A stretch of 64,000 nt of DNA from Acidobacteriota bacterium (GTDB lineage: Bacteria; Acidobacteriota; Aminicenantia; Aminicenantales; Saccharicenantaceae), in contig JAQULR010000006.1 in assembly GCA_028749205.1 (NCBI GenBank), forward strand, positions 6,678-70,677. The letters are read 5' to 3'. Of this stretch, positions 36,944-46,819 are shown in pieces (the stretch's first letter is position 1; the number at the start of each line of letters is the position of its first letter). The position numbers and the translations under genes are program-made. The notes below the pieces were generated by a model. It searched no databases. It was given only the letters and a program-made list of their open reading frames with translations, and was not told the DNA's origin.

Positions 36944-39900
36944 TTAAGAGGTTAAGTAATCAGTTCCAAAAGGTTGATGGTCTTTCTTCCGGAACCTGCT
37001 CTTCACCTGATCGACAAAAGCCTCCAACCGGCTTCCGGTGCTATCAGTCTCGGTTTCACCATAGATCAGAGTAGGGAGAGGAATGTTGCCGAATTCTTTT
37101 CTTATTCTGGCTGAAATCGCCGCCGAAACTGTTCCCAGCATACAGTTAAAGCAAATAACATTGATCACCCCATCAGCTCCTTTGCTGGCAAAATCAATCA
37201 TTCTGGCCACATTCAGAAAGAGACTCTGATTGTTGTTATAATTGAGATAAGCCATGGTGGAGCCGATCAAGTTTTTAAAACCTGGCTCTTTTATTTTGAG
37301 GTCGGTGATTTCCAGTTTTCTTTTCACCTGATGCTTTTTGATCTCTTTAACCAGGTTCAAACTGCTGTAGAGGAGAACATCTTTTAAATTTCCTTCAGAT
37401 AATTTTTCATAGAAACCACGGCTGAAAGTAAAATCAACCTCATCCACCAGAAAAGGAGCCGGCCAGACTTCACAGCCCAGTTCTTCCAAACGCCTGAACA
37501 GCCCTTTATTGGCAAAATAATTTTGACGGGTATAGATATCACCGGCTATTCCGATGACCGGTCTGGGCTCAGGCCTGGTTTTGATTTGTCTGAAATCAGC
37601 TCTTGTTTTCTTCAGAGCGGAGGCCAGATGGCCAGTGGCGATTCCTTCTTCAATTAATTTGAGACCTTTCTTTAAAGCTCGGTCAGTCTCACCTGGATTC
37701 AGTTCATAAGGCCTAAGCTGGCAGGCTAATTTACCCAGGTTATCAATAGCCACTAAACCTTGCCAGAGGCTTTTCAGAGCATCAAATCCCAATAGTTTCC
37801 AGATATAATCAAGGGTAGGCGTTAAAACCATGGTCCTGGTCTTGCCAAGTTCTAAAAGAAGATTGCGCATCGAAGGACCATATTGTTGAAGTAAGCAGGA
37901 ATATTTAGCTCCCGGAAAAAACAAAATCTGGGGTTCGGTGTCCTTGGTTTCCAGAGCCAGCTTTAAAAGATCTCCTAAAAGATAGGTGTAAGCATGACAT
38001 TCTTTTCCTGAAGAGTATTTTTCGCCAAGTTCCAGGCTTCGGTCATCAGACATTGGCAGAACCTCGGCGGTTATCCCGACTTTTTTTAGAGCTCCAGCAA
38101 AAGCCATGGCATGGTCGGCAAAATAAGGAATATAAAAAGGAAATTTCCTGATTTCTTCAGGTGGCAAGCCTTCAGGATTTTTAATTTTTTTGAGAGTGAC
38201 TAACTTTCTTTCTGTATTTTTATGATGGCTGATTTCATCGGCAAAAGCTTCCAGCCTGGTTATAAGGCCAGCCTCCCCACGGTGCTCGTCAAATTCCAGC
38301 ATCAAATGAGGAATTCCCTCGAGGAGATTTTTCAGTTGTTTAATGGCAAAGCCATCAACCCCACAGCCATAACTGCTTAGAAAGACTGGAAATATCTGAC
38401 TCTGCCTCCGACAGAAGGCGGCTACTTTGAACATCCTCTGGGGATATCTCCAGGGAGGAATAGCTGAAGCTTCCACCGGCAGCTCGCTAAGAGAGATTTC
38501 TTCAAGTGGGAGGTAATCCACTGGAATGGCGGTAATCCCAAGTTTTTCTAAGTGGAACCAGAGGTTGAGATTAGCGTAGTTATCATATAAAAGGTAAGGA
38601 CGGCCGCTAATAATCAAAACGGGTTGATTCTGCTGGACTGATTTTTCCAGGAGAATCTTCCCCTCCTCTTTTAGTTTCTGGTTAAATTCTATCTGGGCTT
38701 GCCAGGCCGATTGCCAGGCCTGCTGGATTTTTTCTTCAGGTTCCTTAAGCAGCCTGGTCAGGTTCTCCAAACTGGGCTTCTGACATGTTCCTACCGGTTC
38801 CAGATACACCTGGGTGGTTAGCAATTTATCACGAATTTCCTCAGGCAGCATGTTTGGAAGATTTTCTGTGTAAAGGCAGAAATAAAATGATTCCTCTTGG
38901 CTTAGATGAGTATCCACCAGACCGGGCATGAAGACCAGATCTACTTCTGAATCATCCTGAAGAATCTTAAGGTGACCGATGGCAGCTTTAACCGGCAGGC
39001 AGGTTTCGGCTGGCTGAAATTTTATTCCAGCCTCCATAATTTCAGGACCGGTCTCAGGAGAAATCTTTATTCGATAACCAAGGCTGGTAAAGAAGACCTG
39101 CCAGAAGGGGAGAAATTCCTGCAGGGCTGAGGCCCGCGGTAACCCTACTACCGGACCACTACTTGAATTAAAGGTTGACAATTGTTCCAGCAGATTTTTT
39201 CTGAATACCAACGGGTTATGGAATTCTCTCTGAACTGATTTTGACTTCAAAGTAGAAGTGTAGCGTTCACAGATGTCACCAAAGTAGACTCTATCGTTTC
39301 CGGAGTTTACGGCAATGACCTGGCAGCGGTTGGAACAATGCTGACATTCGAAACTTTCCAGCTGGACAGGTTGACCGAATTTCTCTTGGATCTCCTTCAA
39401 CCCGGGTGATTTTTTACCGATTTTCCTGACCCGACTTCGAGCTTCCAGGGCTGCCCCGATGGCTCCTGAAATCCGGTTGTAAGGATGAACTTTGATTTCC
39501 TTACCAAGCAGCTTGGAAAAGGCTTTAACCACAGCCTGGTTAGAAGCGACTCCTCCCTGAAAGACTATGTTCTGACCCACCGATCTTCTCTCAACGACTT
39601 TTTCTAAATAGTTTCTGGCAATAGAATAAGCCAGCCCCGCTACTAAGTCTGGAAGCGGTTGAGATCTGGTAGAGGCTCGGAGCAACTCTGATTCCATAAA
39701 GACTGTGCAACGGCTCCCTAAATTGTAAGGCCTGTTAGAGGCTGAGGCTAAAGCAGCAAAATCATTTTCGACGCTGAAGCCGATCTGATTGGCCTGTTCT
39801 TCCAGAAAGGAACCGGTGCCAGCGGCGCAAATCTTGTTAAGATTAAAATCAACTACCTTTCCCTTATCAACCTGAATGAACTTGGAATCCTGCCCGCCAA

Positions 39901-41155
39901 TTTCAAAGATGGTATCAACTTCTGGAAAAAAATGACAGGCGCTGCCCATCTGGCTGGTGATTTCATTTTTGATGATATCGGCTTTTAGCAACCGGCCGGC
40001 TAAGTAACGCCCACTTCCGGTGGTTCCAATCCCCAGAATTTCCAACCCGGCCGGAAATCTGGAAACCAGCTCAGAGAGACCTTGTTTTAGAGCTTCAACC
40101 GGTTGACCTCTGGTTGGTAAATAAATTCCTGCCAGCACCTCACTGTTTTCGGCCATTATTACTAAATTAGTACTGACTGAACCGATGTCTATTCCTAAAT
40201 AGCCTTTTACCGGGACTTTAAACACCACAGCTGGCTCGGTGTTTTTAGAAGCTGGAACCTGGCCAAGAGGTGGGAGATCGAAAAATCTGGTCTCAGTTAC
40301 AAGTTTAGTCTGAGAGAGAAAATTTTTGAGGTCTTGACCTTTGGCTTTATTGTGTTGATTCAATCCCAGATAGGCCGCTCCTAAGGCTCCCAGATAAGGT
40401 GATAAATCAGAATAAAGAAGGTCAGATTCTCCGGCCCTTAAAACCTGCTGTAAGGCTCTAAGGATGCCTCCATTTTTAATAGTATTTCCTGCCAGGGCTA
40501 TCGGCCGAGGGCAGGTTTTACCTCGGAGAAGAGAAGAAATCACTGATCTAACCAGAGCCAGGCAGACTCCGTAAGCTATCTCTTCCACGGGTGTACCCTT
40601 TTGTTGCAGATGAACCATATCGGATCTAGCAAAGACACTACATCGGCCGGCAATAGTGGACCCCTTTTTGGCTTTAACTGCCAGAGAAGAAAAGTCTTCT
40701 ATACTTAAACCGAGCCGAATAGCTTGTTTCTCCAGAAAACTCCCAGTTCCAGCGGCGCATCTTTCGTTCAGAGAAAAATCTATTATTTCCGGGATGGTTT
40801 CCTTAACGGAACCAGGGTTTAAGGCAATCCAGCGGGCGCTTTCTGCTCCAATGTCAAAAACGGCCTGGGCATCAGGGAAGACTTGACTTAAGCCATAAGC
40901 TAAGGCCGAAATCTCATTTACCCTGAAAGTATTTCCTGGGAAAATTAAGCTGTTCTTTCCGGCGCCAGTTACAGAAATAAGAAGCTCCTTACTCTCAGTT
41001 GAGGCAGGAATTCTATCGAAAAGATTTTTTAAAGCTAAAAACAGGTTTCCCTTTACCGGCTCTGCATCGTGATGTTTAATTCTGAGATTTTCGTTTAAGG
41101 CTACTAACTTTACAGATTGAACTCCAAGGTCGAGCCCACAAGATATCCAGTCCAC
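36944..41155 (-). CDS. fused double BcrA/BadF/HgdC-type activase ATPase + 2-hydroxyacyl-CoA dehydratase-like domains (1403 aa)
   Basis: Two actin-fold ATPase modules each carry the activase signature (NERCAAGTGSFLEKQA and NKICAAGTGSFLEEQA). They are followed by about 750 aa resembling the dehydratase-related/DUF2229-type C-terminal domains of 'CoA-substrate-specific enzyme activase' giants. Confidence 0.85.
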   Translation of the reverse strand: MDWISCGLDLGVQSVKLVALNENLRIKHHDAEPVKGNLFLALKNLFDRIPASTESKELLISVTGAGKNSLIFPGNTFRVNEISALAYGLSQVFPDAQAVFDIGAESARWIALNPGSVKETIPEIIDFSLNERCAAGTGSFLEKQAIRLGLSIEDFSSLAVKAKKGSTIAGRCSVFARSDMVHLQQKGTPVEEIAYGVCLALVRSVISSLLRGKTCPRPIALAGNTIKNGGILRALQQVLRAGESDLLYSDLSPYLGALGAAYLGLNQHNKAKGQDLKNFLSQTKLVTETRFFDLPPLGQVPASKNTEPAVVFKVPVKGYLGIDIGSVSTNLVIMAENSEVLAGIYLPTRGQPVEALKQGLSELVSRFPAGLEILGIGTTGSGRYLAGRLLKADIIKNEITSQMGSACHFFPEVDTIFEIGGQDSKFIQVDKGKVVDFNLNKICAAGTGSFLEEQANQIGFSVENDFAALASASNRPYNLGSRCTVFMESELLRASTRSQPLPDLVAGLAYSIARNYLEKVVERRSVGQNIVFQGGVASNQAVVKAFSKLLGKEIKVHPYNRISGAIGAALEARSRVRKIGKKSPGLKEIQEKFGQPVQLESFECQHCSNRCQVIAVNSGNDRVYFGDICERYTSTLKSKSVQREFHNPLVFRKNLLEQLSTFNSSSGPVVGLPRASALQEFLPFWQVFFTSLGYRIKISPETGPEIMEAGIKFQPAETCLPVKAAIGHLKILQDDSEVDLVFMPGLVDTHLSQEESFYFCLYTENLPNMLPEEIRDKLLTTQVYLEPVGTCQKPSLENLTRLLKEPEEKIQQAWQSAWQAQIEFNQKLKEEGKILLEKSVQQNQPVLIISGRPYLLYDNYANLNLWFHLEKLGITAIPVDYLPLEEISLSELPVEASAIPPWRYPQRMFKVAAFCRRQSQIFPVFLSSYGCGVDGFAIKQLKNLLEGIPHLMLEFDEHRGEAGLITRLEAFADEISHHKNTERKLVTLKKIKNPEGLPPEEIRKFPFYIPYFADHAMAFAGALKKVGITAEVLPMSDDRSLELGEKYSSGKECHAYTYLLGDLLKLALETKDTEPQILFFPGAKYSCLLQQYGPSMRNLLLELGKTRTMVLTPTLDYIWKLLGFDALKSLWQGLVAIDNLGKLACQLRPYELNPGETDRALKKGLKLIEEGIATGHLASALKKTRADFRQIKTRPEPRPVIGIAGDIYTRQNYFANKGLFRRLEELGCEVWPAPFLVDEVDFTFSRGFYEKLSEGNLKDVLLYSSLNLVKEIKKHQVKRKLEITDLKIKEPGFKNLIGSTMAYLNYNNNQSLFLNVARMIDFASKGADGVINVICFNCMLGTVSAAISARIRKEFGNIPLPTLIYGETETDSTGSRLEAFVDQVKSRFRKKDHQPFGTDYLTS

Positions 41156-41183
41156 CTTGTCCTCCTACCAGGTGTAGTCTATT

Positions 41184-42140
41184 TCAGGATAAGAGCTTTA
41201 ACAGCTGATATTCTTCTTCGAATTTTAATTTCTTGGGGCGAGTAGCTACTTCCAGTGGTACCAGCTCAATTCGATCATCCTTCAGGGAAACACATTTATC
41301 AGATTCCCCGGCCAGAAGACTGTCCACAGCCGCCTTACCCAGCTTAGCCGCTAAAATCCGGTCAAAGGCTGTTGGCCGGCCTCCACGCTGGATATGACCC
41401 AGAACCGCAATTCTGGTTTCTAGCCCAGTCCTCTGTGAAATAGCCTCACCTACGTCCTGAGCTCGAGCCTTACCCTCAGCTACGATCACTATCCAGCTGA
41501 CTTTTCCCTGAGCATTTCCCGCCTTAATTTCCTGACAGATTTCTTCCAGTGAGAAATCCTGTTCTGGTAGAATTACATCTTCACAACCGCCGGCCAATGC
41601 TACTTTCATAGCTAAATATCCGCAATGGCGGCCCATCACTTCCACCACAAAAATTCGCTCTAAACTGGTGGCTGTGTCTCTAATCTTATCCAGGGCATCG
41701 AGGGCCACATTGACTGAGGTATCTGCCCCCAAGCAGAAATCAACCTCATTAACATCGTTATCTATGGTGGCTGGTAGGCCAATCACTTTTATCCCATATT
41801 TACTGGCCAGAACATGTGCTCCGGTAAGGGATCCATTACCTCCAATAACGATCAGGCCATCAAATCCATTCTCTTTGATCGTCTTGACTGCTTGAAGCTG
41901 TCCCTCTGGGGTAAGAAACCTATCAGAACGGGCTGATTTCAAAATAGTTCCACCCAAATTGATGATACCGGAGACAGCCCGGCGGTCAAGAGGCTGGAAG
42001 ATGCCGTCAATCAAGCCATCATAACTTTTGATGATACCGAAAACTTCGACTCCCTGAACGGTGGCAGTTCTGACTACAGCTCTAATGGCGGCGTTGATGC
42101 CGGCGCAATCTCGGGTAATTATGCCAATTTTTTTTAACAT
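41184..42140 (-). CDS. pfkA: 6-phosphofructokinase homologue (PfkA family) with atypical nucleotide-site motifs
   Basis: Colinear with E. coli PfkA. It keeps TIDND, VEVMGRHCG and GHIQRGG, but has IITRDCAGINAAIR in place of LTSGGDAPGMNAAIR, GGNGS for GGDGS, and LGGT for RGGT. Confidence 0.8.
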   Translation of the reverse strand: MLKKIGIITRDCAGINAAIRAVVRTATVQGVEVFGIIKSYDGLIDGIFQPLDRRAVSGIINLGGTILKSARSDRFLTPEGQLQAVKTIKENGFDGLIVIGGNGSLTGAHVLASKYGIKVIGLPATIDNDVNEVDFCLGADTSVNVALDALDKIRDTATSLERIFVVEVMGRHCGYLAMKVALAGGCEDVILPEQDFSLEEICQEIKAGNAQGKVSWIVIVAEGKARAQDVGEAISQRTGLETRIAVLGHIQRGGRPTAFDRILAAKLGKAAVDSLLAGESDKCVSLKDDRIELVPLEVATRPKKLKFEEEYQLLKLLS

Positions 42141-42431
42141 TTAAGACCTCTTTTAACCCTGGTAATACACAACATAATCCAGGTCAATCTTTTTATTCAT
42201 AATCAGATAGATTATTCTCTTATAAAAATTGGGACCTTAAAGAAAAGATTGGTAGTTGAAGTAAATAAGTAAAACGAACTTATCTTAAAAAATAATAACA
42301 TCTGGTTATTTTCCCATGTCCTGAGGTTTTAATCAATGATGATCGGGAATCTTGAGATAGGCTCACTTTAAATTACCCAAAAAATAATACAGTTTAATCA
42401 GGATAAACAAAGATAATATCAAAAGATATTT

Positions 42432-42761
42432 TTACTTTAAAGCCTGGCCGCAAAATGGGCAGTAATGGAAGTCAGCTTCCAGTTGATGGCTACAGCGGGG
42501 GCAAACCCCGGCTCTGGAGTAGCTGGATTGTCCCGAGTAATCTGAGCTACTGGCGGTTGGTTCTGGAGACTCCAGCCGGCAGTTCTGGCAAAGAAAAAAA
42601 GGCTGTCCCTTTTTTATAGAGCAAATGGGGATAAAAAAGAGGCTGAGTTGGTGATCGAGTCTTACCCGGTAGAAGGAGACCTGGCCACAGCGAGGACAAA
42701 TCATGGGCTGGCCCTCGAGCCTTTTAATTTTCGGGGTTATGGCGCCGATAAGGAAAAACAT
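42432..42761 (-). CDS. zinc-ribbon domain protein
   Basis: Trimmed to the ATG at 42761 (MFFLIGAITPK...), which lies 2 nt after the symporter stop. The longer track ORF would overlap the symporter by 112 nt. Motifs are CPRCG...CQNC and CPRCS...CPFCG. Confidence 0.6.
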   Translation of the reverse strand: MFFLIGAITPKIKRLEGQPMICPRCGQVSFYRVRLDHQLSLFFIPICSIKKGQPFFLCQNCRLESPEPTASSSDYSGQSSYSRAGVCPRCSHQLEADFHYCPFCGQALK

Positions 42762-42763
42762 TC

Positions 42764-44251
42764 TCAGTATTTGCCTTTCATATATTTCATAAGCTCTTCC
42801 ACTCGGTCTGGGGGGCTGGTCATCTGACTGACCAGGACTACAGAAATAAAGGACAGGATAAAGGCCGGGACCCATTCGGAAACCATAGCTCTCAGAGAAG
42901 GAATCAGATACCAGACAATTTCGGTAATGGAACCAACTAGAATTCCGGCGATTACGCCTTCCCTGGTTATCTTTTTCCAGTAAAGAGAGAGAACAATGGA
43001 AGGCCCGAAGGCCGCACCCAGGCCACCCCAGGCAAAAAGAACTAAGTAAAATACTAATCGATCAGCATAGGCAGCAAAGGCTAAGGCTATAACAGCCACT
43101 ATCAGAGTAAAAACCCGGCTAATTAAAACCAGCTTTTTTTCTGAAGTCTCTCGTCCATGGGTAATTATCTTCTGATAAGCATCCCGGACAACCGCTGAGG
43201 AAGCCACCAGGAGCTGAGAGGAAGCCGTGGACATAATAGCCGCAAAAATAGCCGCGATGGTTAAGCCAAAAAGAAAGGGGTGGAGATGTTGAGAAGCCAG
43301 CAGGGGATAGACATTTTCCGGATCCTGTCCAGGAAGGTTAGTCACATCCTGATAGATGGCCCGTCCTGTCAGCCCAATAAAAATCGCTCCCCATCCCATC
43401 AAAACATTCCAAATAGTGCCAATAAGTCCGGTTTTATTAAGCTTTTCCGGATCTTCTATGCTCATGTATTTATTTAGAATGTGAGGATTACCTGGCGAGC
43501 CAAAGCCAATTCCAATAAAACCTAACCAGGCGCCAAAAGAGAGAGCAAAAGTATCAAGGTACCCGGGTGAAAAGGTCTGAAGAGTAGAAAACAGGCTACT
43601 CAGCCCTCCAAAATGAACTATAGCTACTATGGGCAAAATCATTAGAGCTAAAATCATGAATAAGCCCTGAAGCATGTCAGTCAGGCAAGCAGCCAGAAAG
43701 CCGCCCAGAACCGTATAAAAAATCACTATTCCAGCAGTGATTAAAATGCCCTGAAGTGGGGTAATATTAAAACTGGCAGCCAGAGATTTCCCTCCGGCGC
43801 TGAACTGAGCGGCTACGTAGGCAGTCATGAAGATTAAAATGGGGATTAGGGCAAAGAGTCGCAGGAGGTGCTTTTTATCTTCAAATCTGGATTCTAAATA
43901 ATCAGGAATGGTTATGTCACCTGTTTTCCCTGTGAAATAACGTAATCTTTTTCCAGCGAAGACAAACATAAAAAGTTCAACTAAGACGTAGCCTACTACC
44001 GACCAGACGGCTGAGACACCGCGGGTGAAAGCCATCCCGGAGACTCCTATCAACAACCAGGCTGAACGTCCCGAGGTTACTGCGGCCAAAGCTACCACAA
44101 AAGATTTCATCTTTCGGCCCCCCAGGAAGAATTCCCCAATGCCGCGGGAGGAGAACCTGGTAGTGATAATTCCCACTGAAACCATCATCAAAACATAAAT
44201 TATAAAGGCAGCTAAGGCCCAGGGATTGGTGTGAACACTAAAAGTGTTCAT
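42764..44251 (-). CDS. sodium:solute symporter family (SSF) transporter
   Basis: 495 aa with about 13 TM helices and SSF-like blocks (FFLGGRKM, GGLGAAFGP). The substrate (proline, pantothenate or other) cannot be determined. Confidence 0.88.
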   Translation of the reverse strand: MNTFSVHTNPWALAAFIIYVLMMVSVGIITTRFSSRGIGEFFLGGRKMKSFVVALAAVTSGRSAWLLIGVSGMAFTRGVSAVWSVVGYVLVELFMFVFAGKRLRYFTGKTGDITIPDYLESRFEDKKHLLRLFALIPILIFMTAYVAAQFSAGGKSLAASFNITPLQGILITAGIVIFYTVLGGFLAACLTDMLQGLFMILALMILPIVAIVHFGGLSSLFSTLQTFSPGYLDTFALSFGAWLGFIGIGFGSPGNPHILNKYMSIEDPEKLNKTGLIGTIWNVLMGWGAIFIGLTGRAIYQDVTNLPGQDPENVYPLLASQHLHPFLFGLTIAAIFAAIMSTASSQLLVASSAVVRDAYQKIITHGRETSEKKLVLISRVFTLIVAVIALAFAAYADRLVFYLVLFAWGGLGAAFGPSIVLSLYWKKITREGVIAGILVGSITEIVWYLIPSLRAMVSEWVPAFILSFISVVLVSQMTSPPDRVEELMKYMKGKY

Positions 44252-44340
44252 CTCCTCTCTCCTTTTTTCAGGGCCAGAACGAAAGCCAGAATTATGATTA
44301 TTGCGGGCATTATGAATAGGCCAAAGATAGTTGACAACAT
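44248..44340 (-). CDS. symporter small accessory membrane protein (30 aa)
   Basis: MLSTIFGLFIMPAIIIILAFVLALKKGERR, a single TM. A strong AGGAGG RBS lies 5 nt upstream, and the stop overlaps the symporter ATG (ATGA). It is below the ORF-track size cutoff. Confidence 0.5.
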   Translation of the reverse strand: MLSTIFGLFIMPAIIIILAFVLALKKGERR

Positions 44341-44463
44341 GGCTACCTCCTATGAATGGAATAAAATATCACAGGCCAGATGTATCTTCAATTTTTTTGC
44401 TGTTTTCTGTTAGCTGACATTATTCATAGAACTTAATATTTCTCGAAATGTTTAATTGTCCTT

Positions 44464-44526
44464 GATAAGGAAATTGGGAGATGCTATGATTTTTACCTTA
44501 GTGGATGGTATCGCTGATTTTTCCCG
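44464..44526 (+). repeat. short/degenerate copy (F) of the dispersed structured repeat family
   Basis: GATAAGGAAATTGGGAGATGCTATGATTTTT closely matches copy S (GATAAGAAAATCGGGAGATGATACGATTTT). The 3' part, ...TATCGCTGATTTTTCCC, is only loosely similar. Confidence 0.35.
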
Positions 44527-44625
44527 AGAATAATCTATCGGGTAGCGAATAAAGAGGGTTTACCTCGACTATTAATGAATAATTCTGGTGAATAAATGCC
44601 AAACAACAATGAATGGAGGCTTTGA

Positions 44626-46764
44626 ATGAGAAAAGGAGAAGTTTTGACCATTGTAAGTCTTATGGGTGCCTTTTTGCTTATGCTATCAGTTTCAGCCTGC
44701 AAAAAAGCTGAGGAAAAAATCATCTATCCCCAGACCAAAAAAGTTGACCAGGTAGATGATTATTTTGGAACAAAAGTAGCTGATCCTTACCGTTGGTTGG
44801 AAGATGATAATTCAGAGGAAACTAAGCAATGGGTAGAAGAACAGAATAAAGTTACCTTCGCTTTTCTAGAAAAAATCCCCTTTCGTGAAAAAATAAAACA
44901 AAGGTTAATGGATATATATAATTACCCTCGGATGGGGCAGCCTTTCAGAGCAGGTGAATATTACTTTTTCTACAAGAACGATGGGCTTCAGAATCAGTCG
45001 GTCATTTACATTCAGAAAGGATTGGATGGACAGCCTGAAGTTTTCATTGATCCTAACCAGCTTTCCCCTGACGGAACTATCAGAATTGGCCTGCTGAGTT
45101 TTTCCAATGATTATCGTTATGTAGCTATAAGCCGCTCAGAAGCTGGCTCAGACTGGTCAGAAATCAGAGTGATGGAAATTGCCAGCAAAAAAGAACTCCC
45201 TGACCGGATTCAGTGGGTAAAATTTTCTGGAGCGGCCTGGTATAAAGATGGATTTTTCTACAGCGGCTATGATAAACCAGCTCCTGGTGAAGAGATGAAG
45301 GCTCGGAATGAATATCAAAAAGTCTTTTACCATAAACTGGGGGATCCTCAGGAAAAAGACACTCTCATCTATCATGATCCCGAAAACCCCCTAAGATATG
45401 TTAACTTAGATGTTACTGAAGACGAAAAGTATGCTGTTCTGAATGTCTCAGCTGGCACCTCAGGTAATGAGCTTTACTGGAAAGATCTGACAGCAAAAAA
45501 ATCTGATTTCCAGCTTCTTATCCCTGGTTTCGAAAATGATAATCAAGTGATAGACAACCTGGGAGATAAGTTCCTGATTAGGACTAACATAGATGCCCCT
45601 AATTATCGTCTGGTGTTGGTGGATCCGAAAAATCCCGCCAAGGAAAAATGGGAAGAGATCCTTCCCGAAAAACCAGAAGTTCTGACTTCAGCTACTACTG
45701 CCGGTGGTTATTTGTTTGGAACCTATCTCCAGGATGCCCACACCAAGGTCTATCATTACCGGCCAGATGGCAGCCTGATAAAAGAAGTTGAGCTTCCGGC
45801 TATCGGGACAGCCAGTGGCTTTGGCGGCTGGCGAGATGACAAGATAGTTTTTTATACTTTCCAGTCTTTTAATTATCCACCAACCATCTATAAATACGAC
45901 CTGGCTACAGGACAATCTGAAGTTTTCGCCAAACAGGAAGTCAAATTCAGTCCCGAAGATTTTGAAGTTAAGCAGGTTTTTTACAACAGCCAGGATGGTA
46001 CCAGGGTCCCAATGTTTATCGTTCATAAAAGAGGATTGGCTCTTGATGGCAAGAACCCGACTTATCTGACTGGCTATGGCGGATTTAATATCAGCTTGGT
46101 CCCTTCTTTTAACCCTTCGATCGTGGTTATCCTGGAAAATGGCGGAGTTTTTGCTCAACCCAACCTGCGGGGCGGTGGAGAATATGGAGAAGAATGGCAT
46201 CGGGCCGGCATGCTTGAAAACAAGCAGAACGTATTTGATGATTTTATAGCGGCGGCTGAGTACCTTATTAACGAGAAATATACTTCTCCCAAATATCTGG
46301 CCATTGCCGGTGGTTCTAACGGGGGACTTTTGGTTGGAGCAGCCATGACTCAGAGACCGGAGCTTTTTGGAGTAGCTTTCCCCGCTGTTGGAGTTATGGA
46401 CATGCTCAGGTATCATAAGTTTACCGTTGGCTGGGGCTGGATAGTGGAGTATGGTTCAAGTGATAATGAAGAGCAGTTCCATTATCTTTATAAATATTCT
46501 CCACTCCATAACCTGAAAGATGGGGTGTGCTATCCGGCGACTTTGATTACTACTGCTGACCATGATGACCGGGTAGTCCCGGCTCATTCCTTCAAATTTG
46601 CGGCTACCCTTCAAGAAAAACAAGCTTGTGATAAACCAGTTTTGATTCGTATTGAAACCCGTTCCGGACATGGTGCCAGTAATATCACTAAGGCTCTGGA
46701 TGAACTGGCTGATAAGTATGCCTTTATGTTTTATGTAATGGGTTTGAAGCCAATATACAGATAG
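44626..46764 (+). CDS. prolyl oligopeptidase (S9A) lipoprotein
   Basis: Lipobox LSVSAC, the N-terminus DPYRWLED, the catalytic Ser motif GGSNGGLL, and a C-terminal D/H region (ADHDDRV, GHG). Confidence 0.93.
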   Translation: MRKGEVLTIVSLMGAFLLMLSVSACKKAEEKIIYPQTKKVDQVDDYFGTKVADPYRWLEDDNSEETKQWVEEQNKVTFAFLEKIPFREKIKQRLMDIYNYPRMGQPFRAGEYYFFYKNDGLQNQSVIYIQKGLDGQPEVFIDPNQLSPDGTIRIGLLSFSNDYRYVAISRSEAGSDWSEIRVMEIASKKELPDRIQWVKFSGAAWYKDGFFYSGYDKPAPGEEMKARNEYQKVFYHKLGDPQEKDTLIYHDPENPLRYVNLDVTEDEKYAVLNVSAGTSGNELYWKDLTAKKSDFQLLIPGFENDNQVIDNLGDKFLIRTNIDAPNYRLVLVDPKNPAKEKWEEILPEKPEVLTSATTAGGYLFGTYLQDAHTKVYHYRPDGSLIKEVELPAIGTASGFGGWRDDKIVFYTFQSFNYPPTIYKYDLATGQSEVFAKQEVKFSPEDFEVKQVFYNSQDGTRVPMFIVHKRGLALDGKNPTYLTGYGGFNISLVPSFNPSIVVILENGGVFAQPNLRGGGEYGEEWHRAGMLENKQNVFDDFIAAAEYLINEKYTSPKYLAIAGGSNGGLLVGAAMTQRPELFGVAFPAVGVMDMLRYHKFTVGWGWIVEYGSSDNEEQFHYLYKYSPLHNLKDGVCYPATLITTADHDDRVVPAHSFKFAATLQEKQACDKPVLIRIETRSGHGASNITKALDELADKYAFMFYVMGLKPIYR

Positions 46765-46819
46765 CTTTTAGGTCAGGCGGTATCCTGGTGGCAGTTGACT
46801 AACCTTAGAGCGGAGCTCT

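Noticed and set aside
42338-42390. Possible further short copy of the repeat family upstream of pfkA (GATGATCGGGAATCTTGAGATAGGCTCACTTTAAATTACCC)
   Set aside because: It only loosely resembles the 5' arm and CTTAAA block, is followed by an A-run rather than a T-run, and has poor arm pairing.
42762-42875. N-terminal 38 codons of track ORF 42432..42875
   Set aside because: They would overlap the symporter 3' end by 112 nt. The internal ATG at 42761 gives a compact zinc-ribbon protein starting 2 nt after the symporter stop.
45157-46671. Minus-strand ORFs inside the prolyl oligopeptidase gene, including the 242-aa 45688..46416
   Set aside because: They are antisense to a gene with a complete S9A signature and have no independent motifs.
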